Part shown: in pieces, positions 10,295 through 23,100 of the stretch
Layout of the letters: each line of letters begins with the position of its first letter
Numbering within the stretch: position 1 is the first letter of the stretch
Virus record (IMG/VR): IMGVR_UViG_2830161386_000001
Location: 64,001-128,000 of that record
Direction: 5' to 3' (one strand)
Length of the DNA stretch: 64,000 nt
From: a virus
Lineage: Duplodnaviria > Caudoviricetes
Notes under the pieces: generated by a model
What the model saw: only the letters and a program-made list of their open reading frames with translations
Databases searched by the model: none
What the model was told of the DNA's origin: nothing
Program-made: the position numbers and the translations under genes

Positions 10295-13006
10295 TTAGAA
10301 GCTGTACTCTTCAACGTTTACGCTCTTTTTCGCCGTTTTGCCGTTTGCGTCCTCCAGAACGTAATACACGCTGTCGCCAAAAGAGGACTCCATGACATTG
10401 GTACCCGAGTCGCTGCCGCCACTTAAATCGGTCTCCGTGTGCAGAAGAGTCGTTTGAGAATCGGTTTTGTAAATCCGGAGCTGAAATGGCCCGGCCCCGC
10501 CGGACCACTCAATGTTGTGGTTAAGATAACTAGCATATCCGTAGTCTGTCGCCTCCGTCTTGTCAAACGAGGGGCCTATTGTGCCTCCCCCCCCGCCTCC
10601 ATCGCTGCTGCTCGATAGCGTAAAGGAAAGGTCGTCGATCCAGTAGTAGCAGTCACCAGAGCCGAAACTCCCGCCCTGATAGTTTGTGATCTGAATTTTC
10701 TCGACGCCCCTCCCACCGATATCGACGCCGTTTTCTGTCCGGCTCGTTCCGGTCGACTCGTTAGTAAAGGTCACGTCGGCGGTCCCCGCGCCCCAGTCAA
10801 ACGCCATTTCGACCTTGATCCAATCCTGGTACTCTCCGCCCCCGTCGTAGAGCTGGGTAATTGTCCCGTTTCCGTCGTAGACCTTCCACTGCGGGTTGTC
10901 GGTCAGGGCCGCGATTACGCTTGTCCCGCCCGAGTCGTACAGCCGGAGTCCACCTCCGTAGCTGCCCACTCTTTCGGTGTAGTAGAACGTCAAGGACTGG
11001 ATTTGATTGCCGCCTCTCAATTCAGCAGGTTCGACGTAGGCGATTTCACCAGCTTGTGCGCCGCTTACCCCACCCCCATAGGAGTAAGAGCCGTTCCGTG
11101 CGTAGGTCGTCGTGCGCCCGAACCCTGACTCGACGGGCACCCACCCCTCATCACCGCTCTCAAAGTCATGCGTTACCGTTTCGCCGTCGGCTCCTCCACC
11201 GCCCCCTGAAGAAGCCCGATTTACGCTCGTAGACACCGAACGCCCGACTGTTGCTGTACTTGAGGTGGACCTCTTTATCACCTCTTTTGCCCGCTCCACG
11301 CTTGTTTCAATGGAGCGTCCAACTGATGCTGTACTTGAAATGTCTTTTTCGAAGGTCTGAAGGCGCCACGTTTTGCCGGGAAACGTCTCGACTTTCGCGA
11401 CGGTCTTTTCCGCGCCCCGATCTTCTTCTTGATACGTCATCCGGTTTTCCGGCAGGCCGCTTTCCGGGCGGCCGATCCCGTCACTATCGCTTCCGGCAAT
11501 ATCGCCATCGTAAGACAGGTAATAGTCGTCATCTACCTTCTGCCCGTCGACCCAAAGCTCTAGGTCTCCTTTAGGAATGTTCGCGGTCCACTCGATCACG
11601 TGGGCCCCGCCTTCTACGTTGTACTCACGGCACTCCCCGGAGCCGCCCTCCTTCCCCCCGTCTCCGACCTGTAGGTACAAGTCTCCCTGGTGCAAATATA
11701 AAATAGCCCCGTCCCCGCCAGCGCCCCAATGGGCAATAATTCCACCAGCATTTGAGCCGTCACTGATGTTCACGTATGCGCGGGCAGAAGAGCGCTTCCC
11801 CAGGTCCACGCCCGAGCCGTACTCAACTGCTTCGTGGCGGTAGACGACCGGACCGGAAAACTCCTCGGTTTTGTACTGCGGAACTACCTGTCCGGTGGTC
11901 TCCCCGTCGTAGATGTCCGCCCAGTACACCTCTCCGCCGTACTCGTAGTCCGACCCGCTCCACCCCTGACCTAAGTCTCGGGCCCCGCCGCTACTGTCCC
12001 CAATCGTTCCGTCATCGCCCCCGCACAGCCGGCTGTTGCTAATTGTATCGGTGTCAACCGGCGCCCCGTTTACGTACAAAACGCACTGTCCAGTATCTAC
12101 GTCCGCGCTCCAAGCAGGCCAGATTTTGCCTGGAAGCACGTAGACTGCACTTGCCGAATAATCGTAACCTGCATACTCTCCGTCGTGGCCGAGGGTTGTC
12201 TCGTCGTCGGAGGCGTCGTAGGAAACTGACGTAATTGACCCTGTGTCGTAGTTTATCGACCAGCCGATCCGGTCGCCTTTTTGGATGTCATCGGTCCAGT
12301 CTCCTTCCAAAACAGTTTCGTCTCCATTAACATCCACGCCGGAAAACCGGAGCCCAAGGCGGTGGCTCAGCGTAGCAACGTCCGTTCCGGAGGTAGACCC
12401 CCCGTCTCCAAACATCGCAACCAGCCGCTCGGTGCCAAGAATCGGATCTCCGTAGTTGTCCCGGTCCGCCACAATTGCCATCGCGAGCCCGTCTCCCGTT
12501 CCGCCTGACTCCATCAAAATGCCCGTGGCCCCCAGCTCAAGCCGGGCCCGGGCGTAAACGGTAGCGGAGGAGCTGTAATTCAAATCCGAATAATCTTCGT
12601 AGGAACGGTCCCACCGTTCGTCCCGGGAAAACCCTTCCACGAGAGGGTATATTGCCCGCTTCGATGCGACGCTCGTCGCAGAAACGCTTCGGCTAAGCGA
12701 CACCCCGACTTCTCGTGGACGCTTCGCGTCCGTGCTAATAGAACGGCCAACGGTCGCAAGGCTTGAGGCAGACTTTTGAAACGTCCGTTCGACCTCGGCT
12801 TCTATAGAGCGGCCAACCATCGCGGCGCTTGAAGCTGAGATTTTCAAAAGGCGCTCAACGGTCGTCTCAACCGACCGGCCAACCCGCGCTTCCGACTGGG
12901 CCTCAACGGACCTTGCTTTTGTTACCTCGATTGATCGCCCGACCTCTGCCGTCGAGCTGGCCTGGCGCTGCCGGAAGGCAGAGCCGGACAAGTGCGTAAT
13001 GGGCAT
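10295..13006 (-). CDS. Virion structural protein with several LamG/carbohydrate-binding domains
   Basis: N-terminal SSxAxVGRSI repeats, two LamG-like units (LYVNGAPVD; LWVDGQKVD), Gly linkers and a HDFESG...W lectin-like domain. Confidence 0.6.
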   Translation of the reverse strand: MPITHLSGSAFRQRQASSTAEVGRSIEVTKARSVEAQSEARVGRSVETTVERLLKISASSAAMVGRSIEAEVERTFQKSASSLATVGRSISTDAKRPREVGVSLSRSVSATSVASKRAIYPLVEGFSRDERWDRSYEDYSDLNYSSSATVYARARLELGATGILMESGGTGDGLAMAIVADRDNYGDPILGTERLVAMFGDGGSTSGTDVATLSHRLGLRFSGVDVNGDETVLEGDWTDDIQKGDRIGWSINYDTGSITSVSYDASDDETTLGHDGEYAGYDYSASAVYVLPGKIWPAWSADVDTGQCVLYVNGAPVDTDTISNSRLCGGDDGTIGDSSGGARDLGQGWSGSDYEYGGEVYWADIYDGETTGQVVPQYKTEEFSGPVVYRHEAVEYGSGVDLGKRSSARAYVNISDGSNAGGIIAHWGAGGDGAILYLHQGDLYLQVGDGGKEGGSGECREYNVEGGAHVIEWTANIPKGDLELWVDGQKVDDDYYLSYDGDIAGSDSDGIGRPESGLPENRMTYQEEDRGAEKTVAKVETFPGKTWRLQTFEKDISSTASVGRSIETSVERAKEVIKRSTSSTATVGRSVSTSVNRASSGGGGGADGETVTHDFESGDEGWVPVESGFGRTTTYARNGSYSYGGGVSGAQAGEIAYVEPAELRGGNQIQSLTFYYTERVGSYGGGLRLYDSGGTSVIAALTDNPQWKVYDGNGTITQLYDGGGEYQDWIKVEMAFDWGAGTADVTFTNESTGTSRTENGVDIGGRGVEKIQITNYQGGSFGSGDCYYWIDDLSFTLSSSSDGGGGGGTIGPSFDKTEATDYGYASYLNHNIEWSGGAGPFQLRIYKTDSQTTLLHTETDLSGGSDSGTNVMESSFGDSVYYVLEDANGKTAKKSVNVEEYSF

Positions 13007-13074
13007 AAAGAAATGAACTCGGCATTAGCCAGCAATCCCTCTGGCTAAACGGCCCGCCGCACAGGCGGGCGCTT

Positions 13075-13836
13075 CTAATAGGTCAAGTCGTGATACAGAG
13101 ACGTGATGCGCAGCTCCGCGAGGTCCGGCACGTCAACCGAGCTGAAAGTGGCGACGTCAAACAGGTACCAGTTGTTGTCCCCGCTGTCGCGGATTTCGCA
13201 TTTCACCCGGTCGATCCCCGACCACTTGCTTCCGCTTTGGTTCGTAAACCGGAGATTGTCTGAAATGCTTATGTACCCCGAGCCGGCCGTAGTGTAGTTT
13301 TGATTGTTGGCGATAATAATTCCGCCGCCGGAGAGGTCGCTTAGGTAGTCACCAGAGCCAGAGCCGAGCGTAAAGCGGTATTTTATGTTACTATTGCTTG
13401 TCCCGCCCTGATTTACAAGCGAGACAAACCCGGGGTGTCCGCTGAACGTTTGGGAGGCGCGATTGATAATGAGCGTGTCCCCCTTCCCCAGATCCTCGCC
13501 GCTGGTCGAGAACTTAAACGTAACCCATTCGAGCTCTTGAGGGATGTTTGAGATAAGAAAGGCAGGCGACCAAGTAAAATATAGCGGCTCATTCCACGTC
13601 CCGGTCGACTCGTTTGTAAACTCCAGGTCATCACTTGAAGACCCCGGCGTGATCGTGAGGCGAGGCGGGTTGTTTGCCGGCTCGGCCGTAATTGCTGTGT
13701 CAGACCCTCCACTTTTTACTGGAGTGTTAGACCCGTTTTCATAAAGGTCATATGCAGCTCCCGCGTCAAAGCCTGCGGTTCCCTCGTTCAGCAACCGGTC
13801 TAGCGCCCCGGCGGGCTTGTTGTTCTGCGATGGCAT
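13075..13836 (-). CDS. Hypothetical virion protein (two-fold internal repeat)
   Basis: 253-aa beta-rich ORF. LEFTNESTGTW and LRFTNQSGSKW indicate an internal duplication. Confidence 0.6.
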   Translation of the reverse strand: MPSQNNKPAGALDRLLNEGTAGFDAGAAYDLYENGSNTPVKSGGSDTAITAEPANNPPRLTITPGSSSDDLEFTNESTGTWNEPLYFTWSPAFLISNIPQELEWVTFKFSTSGEDLGKGDTLIINRASQTFSGHPGFVSLVNQGGTSNSNIKYRFTLGSGSGDYLSDLSGGGIIIANNQNYTTAGSGYISISDNLRFTNQSGSKWSGIDRVKCEIRDSGDNNWYLFDVATFSSVDVPDLAELRITSLYHDLTY

Positions 13837-13874
13837 AAAAAGAAATTGTTCGTATTGGCCGCAAGGCGCGGCAA

Positions 13875-13886
13875 TCCCAGCTGGGA
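13875..13886. repeat. Palindrome copy 2
   Basis: caaTCCCAGCTGGGActca; intergenic, about 39 nt upstream of ATG 13836. Confidence 0.9.
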
Positions 13887-13905
13887 CTCAGCTTCTCACT
13901 TGCAA

Positions 13906-14121
13906 TTACTGATTAGAACTGCCCTTTTTCTCTTCAGAACCTGGCTCTTCAGGCGCCTCTTCTTCGGGGACCTCCTCCGAGGCCCCTTCCTCAGAGCTTC
14001 CTCCCTCCGAGCTTTCTCCCTTAGAACCTTCTTCTTTTTCAGGCTTACCTCCCGGCTTGTCCTCCGGCATTACAACTTCGACCTCGGCGTGGGACTCGAC
14101 GCGAACGTTTTTATCAGGCAT
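13906..14121 (-). CDS. Small Glu-rich hypothetical protein
   Basis: Likely start MPDKNVRV at 14121, preceded by an A-rich tract. Low-complexity E/S/G tail. Confidence 0.45.
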   Translation of the reverse strand: MPDKNVRVESHAEVEVVMPEDKPGGKPEKEEGSKGESSEGGSSEEGASEEVPEEEAPEEPGSEEKKGSSNQ

Positions 14122-14155
14122 TTTTTTGAGTCTTGAGTTGTTTTGGGGCTTGCGT

Positions 14156-17100
14156 TTATTCAATTGGGCTAAGATCAAAGGAAATTGTCACCTCCCCAAT
14201 CCCGGAATCCGCAGACGCGGTCGTGGCCCGGATTACGTCTCCCTTCGAGACTTCCCTGCCGATGCTTCCATCCACGACGTAGTTTTGGCCTCCATCTAAG
14301 GATACCGTTTGGGCGTTTCCACCCACGTCCACGTTTACAGCATAAGAGCTATCCGGGGCGCTGTTGGCGTACAGAATCGCCTCCTCGACCCGAAACTTCT
14401 CGTGGAAGATGTGCTGAAGCAGAAGCTCCCCCTTCGGTGGCGTGCCGGCAAAGGTGCTCGCGACCTGGTTGTCGACCACATCCGTTGTGTCCGAGCGCTG
14501 GACCTCGATGCTTCCGGTGCGCCCTTCAAAAGAGCTCACGCCACCCCCACTTCCACCCCCACCCCCACTTACAACACCGACTGAGCCGTTCGCGCCAAGG
14601 GTTGAGGTTACCCGAGGCGACACTTTCGAAAAGACTCCGTTTTTATTGACAACTGTTCGAGGACGAAATTGACGCCACGTCACGTCGTTTAAACCTGGTG
14701 TGCTGGTTTTCAGCCCCCCTATCGAAGCACTAATCTGTTCGGCGCTGTCGATGTCCCGGTCTGTTTCGAGAGTCACGACAAACTCGACGACGTCCCCGAA
14801 CTGCGGACGACTAATAACAGCGTCGTCAAACGAGAAGGATTCGGTGATAGTATATCCGCTGTAATCCGGGGTTACCGTTCCCGTCCCTACGATCTTTTTA
14901 GCGAGGGTTCCGTCGGTAATGCTTGTGTTTTCGCGGAGCTCAAACACAAGAGTAAAGTCAAGATCTTCAGCCTGGCCGGTATTGCCAATTGTAATAGATA
15001 GATTGACCTCCGACGCCATCTCAACCGGTACATCCGGGCTATGCCCGAAATCCGTTACGTCGAACCCCTCACTTCCATCGAGCCTCAGCAACTCGTATGA
15101 GGTTTGCCTATTTCCTCCAGGGTCATTCGTGCTAAACGTGCGGGAATAAGTCTGCCCCAGGCTTTCTGTTGCAACCGGGTTCATGTTGCCCGGAAAGCTC
15201 GCGTTCGGCCCGATTGCAATCGACGGTCGAGACGGTTCGTCGGGAAGCTCATTGGCGTATACCCGAATCTCTTCTTCCCCGCCATCTAGCCGGATCCCTT
15301 CGTCCGGCGGATCTCCCAGGTCAACCGTCCTGCCCTGCTGTATTTTCCCAGCCAATCTTCCGTTAAGAGCCAAGACCCCCTCGTGATACCCGAAAAACGT
15401 GTCTGTGTCCTCATCAGCCGTTCCATTACTCGGGTAATCCCCAGAGGACAACGACTTGAAAAACGACTTTGCTTCCCCGACACGACCAACCGCAAAGAGC
15501 CCGCTATCTGGGGTACTGGGCGTTCCCCAGTTCGCCACGTACTGCATCGAGGTCTCGTCGTCGGACTCGTTGAGGTAGAGGTCCCCGCTGTCCGACAGGT
15601 AGGTGCGCCAGCGGCGGGCGTGTTCGTCAATGGTTTCGCCGTCCCCGTCGCTCTCGACGTTTTCAAGCGCGGTGAGGTACCCAATCGCGTCGGCGGAGGT
15701 CGCAAGGCCGCTAAAACCGTCCCCAAGCTTCCTTGCCGCCTTTCCGCGCTCCGCCAGCCCCGGCCCGATCACGTCGCGACCGATTCGGTAGTTGACCACC
15801 CCAACTGGCTGGATTTCTTCTCCACTTGCCCTTGTGGCAATCACCTTTACCTTCGCCTTGCCGCCGGTAAACGGCGCGGTGTAGTCCTGCGGCACGAGGC
15901 GTGCGTAGTCCCCTTCCGACTCGGTTTTCACCGGCGCTTTCGCCTGCGAAAACGGCCCGTTGTCAACGACCGTTGCGGAGCTGATGGCAAGCTGCTTCGC
16001 GCCCTCGTACACCCGAAACTCCGCCGCCCCGCGGTCTAGGTCCCCCACAATGTCGCCGTTTTGGTCGACCGGGTACGCGTGGGTGTCGTTCGCCACGGAC
16101 AGCACAATGCCGTCGCTTCCCTCCTGCACGACGGGAAAGGTCTCTACGTCCGTGTAGGACTCCCCGTCTGCGCCGTCGGTGACGGTCAGCCGAACAGTTT
16201 TCTGAAACGGGTCTGTGCCTACTGACGGGTGGCTTACGGTAAACGTATCCCCCCCGTTGTCGCCGGTCTGGGTTTGGGCGGCCGAATACGAGCCCCCTCC
16301 TTCTTTGGTCTCCCACTTATACGTGATTTCAGAGGGATTCCCGACCAGCCCGCCGGTCTTTGCCGTCAGGCCAATTTCCGGGACCGACCAATCCTCTTGC
16401 GCGGTCGGCTTGTTTTTGATAAAGACGTACTGCCCCGCCGAAATCCGGGCCTGCTCCGCCGCGTCTTGCCCCTCCCGCAGCGCGGTGACCTGCCGGGTGC
16501 GGCGGTAGGTCTTGTCGTGGGGGTCCCACTCGGTTGTCGCGCCGTCTGGGGGGTCCCCAACGGTTGTCGATACGACCGTACAGATGTAATTGCTGCCCTC
16601 GTAGCTTACTACGTCTCCCTCCCCGTACTGCACGTCGCTCTGCCAGGGCTTCGACTCGCTTGGGTCCTCGTACACAAACTCCACGTCTACAGACCGCGCC
16701 GGAAGCGAGCCGCCCCCCGCCGCCGTTACGTTAACCGTATAGTTTGAGCCGACGTTTGAGGCGCTGGTGACGTCGGAGAGCGTCCCGCTTCCGGTATCGA
16801 GCCGGAGGTCTACGCGGGCGGACTGCCGCTCGGAGGCGCCCTTATAAAAGGTGGCTTTCAGCCGCGTCTCCCGGTTTCCGTTTGCCGTCGGGCCCGGCGC
16901 CCAATCGCCACTCTGGTCGCGCACCCACTCTTTCGGGCCCAACACGCGGTCGATGTCCAAAAGCGGGGCGTCGTCTCCGTCCGTGCCTTCTTTCTGGTCA
17001 ATAATGCGGAGGGACTCGACCGTCGCGCTTCCCTTTCGTAGCTGAAGCAAGGCGCTTCCAGACACGTCTTCGTGGCCGACTTCAACCGAGGTTCCGCCGC

Positions 17101-20100
17101 CGGTGTAGGTCTTCGTGGGAGTGGAGTCGGTGTCGTCGAAAAGCGCAAACGAGTAGGGATTTCCGTCAACCGAGAGCGTTTTTTCGCTTTTGCTACCCTC
17201 CCGGCGGCCCCGGAAGGTCAAGCTCTCAGGCTCGATGCGGTCCCCGTCGGGGTTGATCCGAAACACCTGGTCGTCCGGGTCCTCGATCAAGTACTCGGCA
17301 AAGTCCCGGTTGAACCGCACCGTCTCGGAGAACCGAATTGTTTTGTCGGCCGTCTCCGCGTTGTGCTCAAACGAGATTGTCCACCGGCTGGGGCTCGTTG
17401 CCGTGGTGTCGGGGGGGACGTCGTTTCCGTTTTCGTCGGTGACGGTCACGCCCCCGTTCAGGTTGTTTTGGGGCCCAATCGTCCAGTACGCGTCGATTTC
17501 TGAGCCGTTAGGCGAGGCGTGCACGTCGACGACCGTCCGCACCGTCGATCCGGTCGGCGGGGCGTAGGTGCCTTTGATGGCAATCGGGGACGGCGCGACG
17601 GTATCGTCTGTTTCGTTGGGGGTCCCGTCGGTGAAGTACGTAATCTCCGTTCCTTTTGGGGTAACGATGTATCCGGTGCTTACCCCGTCGTTTAGGTCCA
17701 CAAGGCGCTCGGAGTCTAAGACCTGCCCGTCCCAGGTCTGGAGTTGAATCACGTCTTGTTCGGCGATGTCATCCGGCGTAATCTCAACAGTTGAGACCGG
17801 GGATGCCGAGCTGCTTCCTGGCACCGCCTGTTGCGGATTGGTCTGGTCTCCGCCCTCGTACCGGACGAGCTTGAGCTCTCCGTACTGCAAGTCAATCGGC
17901 TCCCCGCTCCGTTTAAACCCAAACGACAGGGCCTGATTTGAGCCGTCCTTGATGCTTGTCCCCTTCTGCGGGTCGATGCGGTAGATGCCAAAGTCGCGGG
18001 GGAGCTGAAGCTGCTCGGCGAAGGTAATTGTGTCCCCGGCGTGCGGGTCCTCTCCTTCAAACTCGACCAGAAGATCCTCGACCGGCCCGGTCACGCCGGT
18101 TTGCGCCGGGCTGTCCGCGTTCAGCGGCGAGGAGACCTCTGTGCCTTGAGCTTTCACGGCGTAGCTTACGTCCGCGTCTCCCGCGCCTGCGCTCCAGCTG
18201 ATCTCCAGCTCGTTTCCACTTGTTTCCGTGCCGCCGATCAAGACCTCTTGGGCGTGCCCCCCGCCCTGCACGTCCACAAACCGGCCGGTAAACGTGACGC
18301 CACTTGGGCTTACGACATCAACCCCTGGGCCGTTGAAGTGCGTCATCTCCAGGGAGGAGGGCTGGACGTAGCCGGTCGATACCGCGTCGTTTAGGTCCGC
18401 CAGGGCGATGCTGTCAACGATCCCGGACTCATTGGCCGAATCCCCGAGATAGACGCGCCGACGCCCGCCTCCGATATCCCCTGGCTGAAGGGTTGGCTCG
18501 TAGTCGCCCGCCGCGCTTGTCAGGTCGCTGATCGGGGGATAGCTGCTCCCGTCTTTGACGCGGAGCTTGTAGTTTCCGCTTGTAATCGGGGTTTCGGTGT
18601 CCCCGACCACCTTGACCGCGCTTAGGGTTATGGAGCCGTCTCCGTTTTTAATAACGCGCCCGTCCTGCGAGCGGATAAACCGCTGGACCGTGCTGTCCCC
18701 CGGCCGGACGGCAAACACCCGCTCGCGGGCCGTTTCCGTGACGCTCGCGTTCGGGTCGTCGTAGGTAAACTCGGCGGTTGCGGCCTGCCCATCGCCTCGC
18801 AGCGTCACGGACACGTCCCCGGGACTCGTCTCGGAAAACGAGCCGCCGGAGGAAGCGCCCGTAACGCTTCCGTCCAGGGAAAAGCTCGTTCCGTCCCACG
18901 TGACCTTCGCCAGCTTTGCCGCCACGCGACTTCCTCGAAAAAACTGCGCCCCGATAAACACCGACTCGGTTTGCCAGTCCGTATCCGCGTCTCGGGTAAA
19001 GACCGCGCTTCCCTCGACCACCTCGGTTGTGCCGCGGATCAGGTCCGTTAAATCCGCGAGCCGCATCGTGTCGTAGGTGACACCCCTGCTTTTGTCCGCA
19101 AGATGAAGGGTCAGCTGCCCGTCGGTAATTTGAGGCGCGCTAATCGAGGGGCTGTACGGGTCGCTTGCCCCGATGGAGTTGGCCGAATCGGTAATCGGGT
19201 AGAGCGTCCCGCCGGACTTGGTGTAGAGCTTAATTTCAGGCTCGTGGCTGGAGGAAATGGCTTTTTGCTCGCTTGCCCGGACGTGGGTGGCGCGGACCTG
19301 AACGGTCTCTCCTGAATTGCGGATCACCCGACCCCCATCGGTCCGGATGTAGAAGTACTCCGACGCCTCTCCCTTTTCGCCTTTGACCCGGGCAACGTCC
19401 CAGTCCGACCAGTCGCCGCTACCGTCGCTTCCGGCCTCGTCGTCGTAGCGGCTTACCGCCACGAAATACGGGTCCCGGCTTGTTACATCGTTTGGGCTTT
19501 TCTTCCAGCCGTTGCTCCCAGGATCCCAGCTGGGACTGGCGCCCGGGCGGCCGGTCGGCTGGTTTTCCGGGGCGGGCGGCTTTCCGATTCCAGGGGCGGT
19601 CGGGTCGTCTGCGGTCGGCTCGCTCCCGGTGCCAGGGTGCCATACCCGAAACACCCCCGCCTTCGAGTCGAGCTTCTCCGGGGCCGACCAGGCGGCGTCT
19701 TCCGCCCCGTCTCCAGTGGTGTCAATTGTTTTGGCCGGCCCGCCTGCCGCGACCGTATACACCGCCTTGCTCATCCAAAGCTGCTTTTCGGAACCGGAAC
19801 CGGTTGGGGGCGCGTCGCTCCAGCCGCTCGGCGGATTGGGGTCGAAGTACGTCCCGCCCGCCGAGTTTGAGGGGCGCCCCGGGCTGCCGCTGCTGCGCTG
19901 AAAGACGTAGCTCGTAAACGCGCCCGGCTCCCCGGTCCGGATGGCCGTCACGTCTCCGTATGCCCGCTGTACGATCCCGGACTCGTTTTCGTACTCGACG
20001 GCGACGTCGGCAGCGTAGTCCGAAAGAACCGTCCCGTTTCCGTCTGCAATGAGGCTTACCGACGCCCCGGGCTCTTTCGTCGAGGCGCTAGAAACAGAGA

Positions 20101-23100
20101 GCGACCAGCTCGGGGAGGCGCTCGGGCCGTTGTAGGTGACCTTGGCGGTAAGCTCCGCCACCGGGTCCGGCCTCGGGCCCTGGAAAAACGCGTACTCGAT
20201 GGTTGTCGTCGTCCCAAGGGCGGGCGTCCAGGACCGGTCTTCGTTTTGGTCGTAGGTCCGCGGCCCGCTTGTGTAGTCGACTGTCGGCACGACCGACTCA
20301 GTTAGGTCCGCCAGGGTTACCCCCTGGACCTGCCGGCCCGGCGCCCCGCCATCCCAGGTCTGAAGCAAAACGTCGGTAGAGTTGTCGATGGCCCCGGCCG
20401 AAAATTCGTAGTAAAGGTCCCCGCTTCCCCCTTTCTGAGACACCCCGCTGGTGTTTTCGTCCAGCACTGTGCCCGTTCCGTCCGTAAGCCGGAATCCATC
20501 GCTTTTGGAGAGACGGTTTTCCCGCGGGCCCTTTGTCTTTCGGGCCTCCACCGGAAGAGTGCCCTGAGAGTTTTTGATCAGGTTCCCGTTTTCGAGAAGC
20601 AGGTTGTAGCTGGTCCCGTGCTCCCCGTCTCTCCGGACCGTAATGGTTTCAGATTCGGTATCGCGGGCGTCGTCGCCGGTGTCGACCCACACCCCATCGG
20701 CCGCCTCCCCGTCGGGGTTCCAAACTGCCTCACCAGACACGTCAAGACTGGACCCGTCTCGGGTCGTATCCAGCTTCCAAAACGTGCCGCTTTCCTCCAC
20801 GTACCGGAGGTCGTCGTCGCGGGTCTCTTTCTTTTTGATGCTGGTCAGGTCGGAGGGGGCCTGCACGCCGCTTTCCGGCTCGTGTTTGTAGGTAAACTCC
20901 AGCCCCAGCGCCTGGCCGCTCTCGCTGAGAGACTTTTCGTAGGTAATCTCCGAGCTGGAAATGCTGGCGTCGTCTTTAATAAAGAGCGACGCATTCGGCG
21001 CATCGAACCCAATCGTAACCGAGCCGCGGGCCTGGACGGCAAGCCCCCGCCGGGCCGTCGCGGTAATTACAGTATCTGTTGTCCGGTCCCACGTCTCGCT
21101 CTCCTGGTCCCAGCTATACACCAGGTCCTGTGGGTTCCGCTCAAGCGCAACGTCGATGGCGTCGGCCCCGTCGGTCCCGTCTTTTAGGTCGACGATCTTA
21201 ACCGCCTCCAGCACCGCGTCTCCGTCCCGCAACACGAGGTCATCGTCCCCGTCGATGTCGGTCTCGTTCAGCACAATCCGCCCAGAGGGCGCCTCCCCGC
21301 TTCCGTCTTTGAGGCGGCCCTCCGACCCGTCCAGGACAACAGATTGAGTGTCAACCGGCCTTAGCTCAACGGTAAACTCCGCGTCTTCGCGCCCGGCTAC
21401 GCCGGTGATGCTGTCGATCTCTTTTTTGGTGAGACGGCGGTTGACCGCGCCCCGCTCGCGGACGTCGATCTTGACCGTTCCGCTTCCGTTTCGGATGACC
21501 TTCGGGGTCACTTGCTTGAAGTAGAAGCTCCCCGGGTCGTCGACAAATTCAAGCTGCTCCTCCTCGGTGGAGGACTCCCCGGTTTCCGGGTCCACCATTG
21601 TAAACCGGACGCGCATCCGCTTTGGGTCCGTCGTGGCCGCCGTGCCGGACTTGTCCGTTCCGGCGCTGGTGTCGTAAACGACCGTGCCCGCCTCGTTTAT
21701 GACCTTGAAGTCTATGCTCCCCGCCTCGTTTTCGACCGGCGCCCCGCTTGCGGCCATCTCCGCGATCACAAGGTCCCCCGAATCGTTTTCCTCAAACCGG
21801 AAATACGCGTCTTGGCGGCGGGTCGACCGGCTATCGCCCGGCGGCTGAAACACGCCGGTAAACCGCAGGTCCTCCGGGTCAATCGGGAGCCCTCCCGTTA
21901 CCTCGTCGACGGTGTAGTGGGTCACCTCCCGGCCGCTCGGGGCCTGAATGTAGGTGACCTGAAACGGGTCGGTCGTGTCCAAAATCCGCTCTGCGTCCAG
22001 CACGGCCGGGTCCCCGGAGGCCGGGTCGGTCTGGAGCTGCACGACGTCCTGCTGCTTGATGTCGCTGGCGGTCAGCTCCACCTTTGAAATTAGGTTCCCC
22101 GACCCGTCTTTGGGCCACACCTCAATAGGGTCGGTCGGGGCGTCGATGCCCTCGTACTGCACGAAGCGAAGCTCTCCCTCCTCCAAGTCGACCTGCCGGT
22201 TCGGGTCGTTTCCATCGAAGCGCTTGAACTTAAAGACAAGCGTTTTGTCGGTGCCCTTCTTCAAGTCCGTTCCGTTGGGCGCGTCGATCCGGTAGGTCCC
22301 GTCGTCGCGAAGAAGCTGAAGCTGCTCTAAAAAAGAGACGGTCTCGCCGGTATTCGGGTCCGTGCCGGTAAACTCGACGACCAGCTCGCGGACGGTGCCC
22401 GAAACCCCGCTTACAGACGGGTTGTCCGCGTTCACCGACCCGCTAGTTCCGTTGGACGGGTCAAATACAACCGTTCCCTGCGCCCGCACGACGTAGGTGG
22501 TGTCCTCGTCGGCGGGAATCGAATTGCTGGGCGTGCCGTGCTGGAAATCGACGATCAGGTCTCCGTCGGCGTTGTCCGACGGTTTCATCTCCAGCCCCTG
22601 GGCGTGCTCTGTTTTTTGGCTGTCGAAGAACCGTCCGGTAAACGGCACGCTGGAGGCGGACACAGAGCCGTGAGCCGGGCCGGTAAAGTGGGTTACGTCC
22701 AGGGTGGGGGCCTGCACGTACCCGGTCGAGAGCCCGTCTGTAACGTCGGCAACGGCGATGCTGTCCTCCTGTACCGCCTCGCCGGTTCCCGGCCCCAAAT
22801 ACAAAATCCGCTGCCCCTCGATCTGCGCGTCGTTTAAGGACGGGCTATACGGGTCTGCCCCCGGAAGCGGGGAGCCCGGCGCCCCGAGGGGCACAAACCC
22901 GTCTCCGCTATCGGTCTCGTCGGTTCGGATCTTGTACCCGTCCCCGCTCCCGAGGCGGACCTCTTCGTTTGCCTGCTGGCGGATAATTTTGAGGTCGACC
23001 GTTCCGACGCCGTCTTTGATAGCCTTTCCGTTTTCGGCTCGGATAAACCGGTCGGTGGTCGACTTCCCGCCCGTTAGGGCGACGACTTCGTCTTGAATAT